From Alphaproteobacteria bacterium (GTDB lineage Bacteria; Pseudomonadota; Alphaproteobacteria; GCA-2731375): a stretch of DNA of 34,738 nt. How positions within the stretch are numbered: position 1 is the stretch's first letter; each line of letters starts with the position of its first letter. Positions 33,333 to 34,738 of this stretch are shown one piece after another. Location: assembly GCA_028281075.1 (NCBI GenBank), contig JANQKO010000059.1, positions 1 through 34,738 of the forward strand, written 5' to 3'. The translations under genes were made by a program, and so were the position numbers. The notes beneath the pieces were generated by a model. It had not been told where the DNA came from. It did no database searches and worked only from the letters and a program-made list of their open reading frames with translations.

Positions 33333-34522
33333 CCGGTGCCGCCGACACCGCCGCCCCCGCCATCGACACGCCGGACTGGGCCTCGATCGTCGCGGTGACG
33401 CTGGGGATCTCGGCCTTCGGCATGGCGCTGGGGCTGACCTACCCGCTGATCTCGCTGATCCTGACCGACCGCGGCCATGGCGAGACCGTCGTCGGCGCCA
33501 ACGCGGCCACCATGGCGCTCGGCCTGGCGGCGGCGACCTTCATGATCCCGCGGCTGACGGCGACGCTGCCGGCGGCGCGGCTGGTGGTCGGCAGCCTCTG
33601 CCTGGCGGCGGCGGCGATCCTGGGCTTCGCCCTGTTCCCCTCGCTCGCGGCCTGGTTCGCCCTGCGCTTCATGCTGGGCTTCTGCATCAACGTGGTGTTC
33701 GTGCTGGGCGAGGCCTGGCTGAACGCGGCCTGCACGGAGAACCTGCGCGGGCGCGTAGCCTCGGTCTACACGGCCGTGCTGAGCGTCAGCTTCGCGATCG
33801 GCCCGCTCGGCGTGCCGGCCTTCGGCAAGGAAAGCGGATTCGGTTTCGCCGCCGGCGCCGCGCTGGTGGCGCTGATCGCCTTCAGCTTCGGCGTGCTGAC
33901 GCGCCGCGCGCGGGTCCGGCCGGAGCCGGCGCCGCCGGGCGCGCTGCTCGGCTTCGCGCGGGCGGCGCCGCATCTGGTGCTGATGGTCGGCGTGTTCGCC
34001 TTCGTCGACGCCGCCGCGATCTCGCTGCTGCCGGTCTATTTCGTCGAGAAGGGCCTGAGCGAGGGCTGGGCGGCGACCACGGTGACGATGCTGTTCATCG
34101 GCGTGGTCGGCTCGATGCCGCTGGTCGGCTATGCGCTGGACCGGCTGAACCGGCGCGCGGTGGCAGCGGCCTGCGCGCTGATATCGGCGCTGGCGGCGCT
34201 GCTGCTGCCGCTGGCCGACGCCCAGGGCTGGCTCGTCTGGCTGCTGCTGTTCGTGCTGGGCGGCGCCTTTTCCGGCCTCTATGCCTGCGCGCTGACCGGG
34301 CTGGGCGAGGAGTTCAAGGGCGGGCTGCTGGTCACCGGCAGCGCCGTGTTCGCGCTGGCCTATGCCGGTGGCGGCATTATCGGGCCGGCCACGGTGGGGC
34401 CGCTGATGGAAACGGCCGGCCTGGAGGCGGTGCCGATCTCCTTCGCCGTCGTGCTGCTGGCGGCGGGCGCCGCGCTGCCGCTGCTGCGCGGCCGCGCGAA
34501 ACAGAACAGAGGCGCTGGTTAA
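33329..34522 (+). CDS. MFS transporter
   Basis: ~397 aa with about 12 hydrophobic segments. ATG 33329 overlaps the peptidase stop (ATGA). Confidence 0.85.
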   Translation: MTGAADTAAPAIDTPDWASIVAVTLGISAFGMALGLTYPLISLILTDRGHGETVVGANAATMALGLAAATFMIPRLTATLPAARLVVGSLCLAAAAILGFALFPSLAAWFALRFMLGFCINVVFVLGEAWLNAACTENLRGRVASVYTAVLSVSFAIGPLGVPAFGKESGFGFAAGAALVALIAFSFGVLTRRARVRPEPAPPGALLGFARAAPHLVLMVGVFAFVDAAAISLLPVYFVEKGLSEGWAATTVTMLFIGVVGSMPLVGYALDRLNRRAVAAACALISALAALLLPLADAQGWLVWLLLFVLGGAFSGLYACALTGLGEEFKGGLLVTGSAVFALAYAGGGIIGPATVGPLMETAGLEAVPISFAVVLLAAGAALPLLRGRAKQNRGAG

Positions 34523-34540
34523 TAGCGCGTTGACAAACCA

Positions 34541-34625
34541 GGTTTCACCGCCAAGACACCAAGGTCACGCCGAACGTCTGAAGACCGCGACGTCCGGTCT
34601 TGGCGTCTTGGCGTCTTTGTGGTGG
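34541..34625. repeat. P8-family palindromic element
   Basis: GGTTTCACCGCCAAGACACCAAGG ... GGTCTTGGCGTCTTGGCGTCTTTGTGGTGG, starting 19 nt after the MFS stop. It is followed by ATAGGGACAGTCCCCAT. Confidence 0.8.
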
Positions 34626-34738
34626 AATCAATAGGGACAGTCCCCATAGGCGCTAAGTTATGCGGTTTGATATGTGAAGGCCTGGCTTTTCCGCTTTCTA
34701 GTTGGCTCGCATATGTACCGTCTGAGTTTTTCAGCGAT

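Overview
High-GC (~68-70%) chromosomal segment, probably alphaproteobacterial. That lineage call is an inference from the DUF1465/RcdA-like, DUF1192 and DUF1013/TrcR-like genes and the ROSE-type hsp20 leader. All product calls rest on motifs read by eye; no searches were run. Most of the window is ordinary core and accessory metabolism: an ABC exporter, rpmE, two Hsp20 genes, metY, a quinone oxidoreductase, a TPP enzyme, a PhyH dioxygenase, MlaC, a DUF427-adenylate cyclase fusion, a cupin, a ParE-type toxin-antitoxin pair, two GSTs, a TauD/TfdA dioxygenase, GNATs, two GFA-family proteins, a Zn-peptidase and an MFS transporter. The outstanding feature is a ~7.7 kb low-GC block (17965-25681, ~45% GC, locally ~33%) that begins and ends exactly at the stop codons of flanking high-GC genes and carries no integrase or transposase. 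It holds a tightly spaced two-gene cassette. Gene 1 encodes a 1363-aa protein with an N-terminal NACHT/STAND-type P-loop NTPase, ~1000 aa of helical sequence and a C-terminal PD-(D/E)xK-like nuclease motif. Gene 2, 11 nt downstream, encodes a 433-aa AAA+/DUF4143 ATPase with its own D...ExK motif. I do not recognise this pairing as a named defence system and flag it as the best candidate for an undescribed system. After the cassette come a 5'-truncated, ~95%-identical copy of the neighbouring epimerase gene, a very AT-rich MerR/excisionase-like HTH gene and a possible small membrane ORF. The window is also dense in intergenic repeats: a palindromic family built from 8-nt units, a 322-bp tandem duplication, two ~330-bp composite REP blocks in inverted orientation 26 kb apart, and a MITE-like element.
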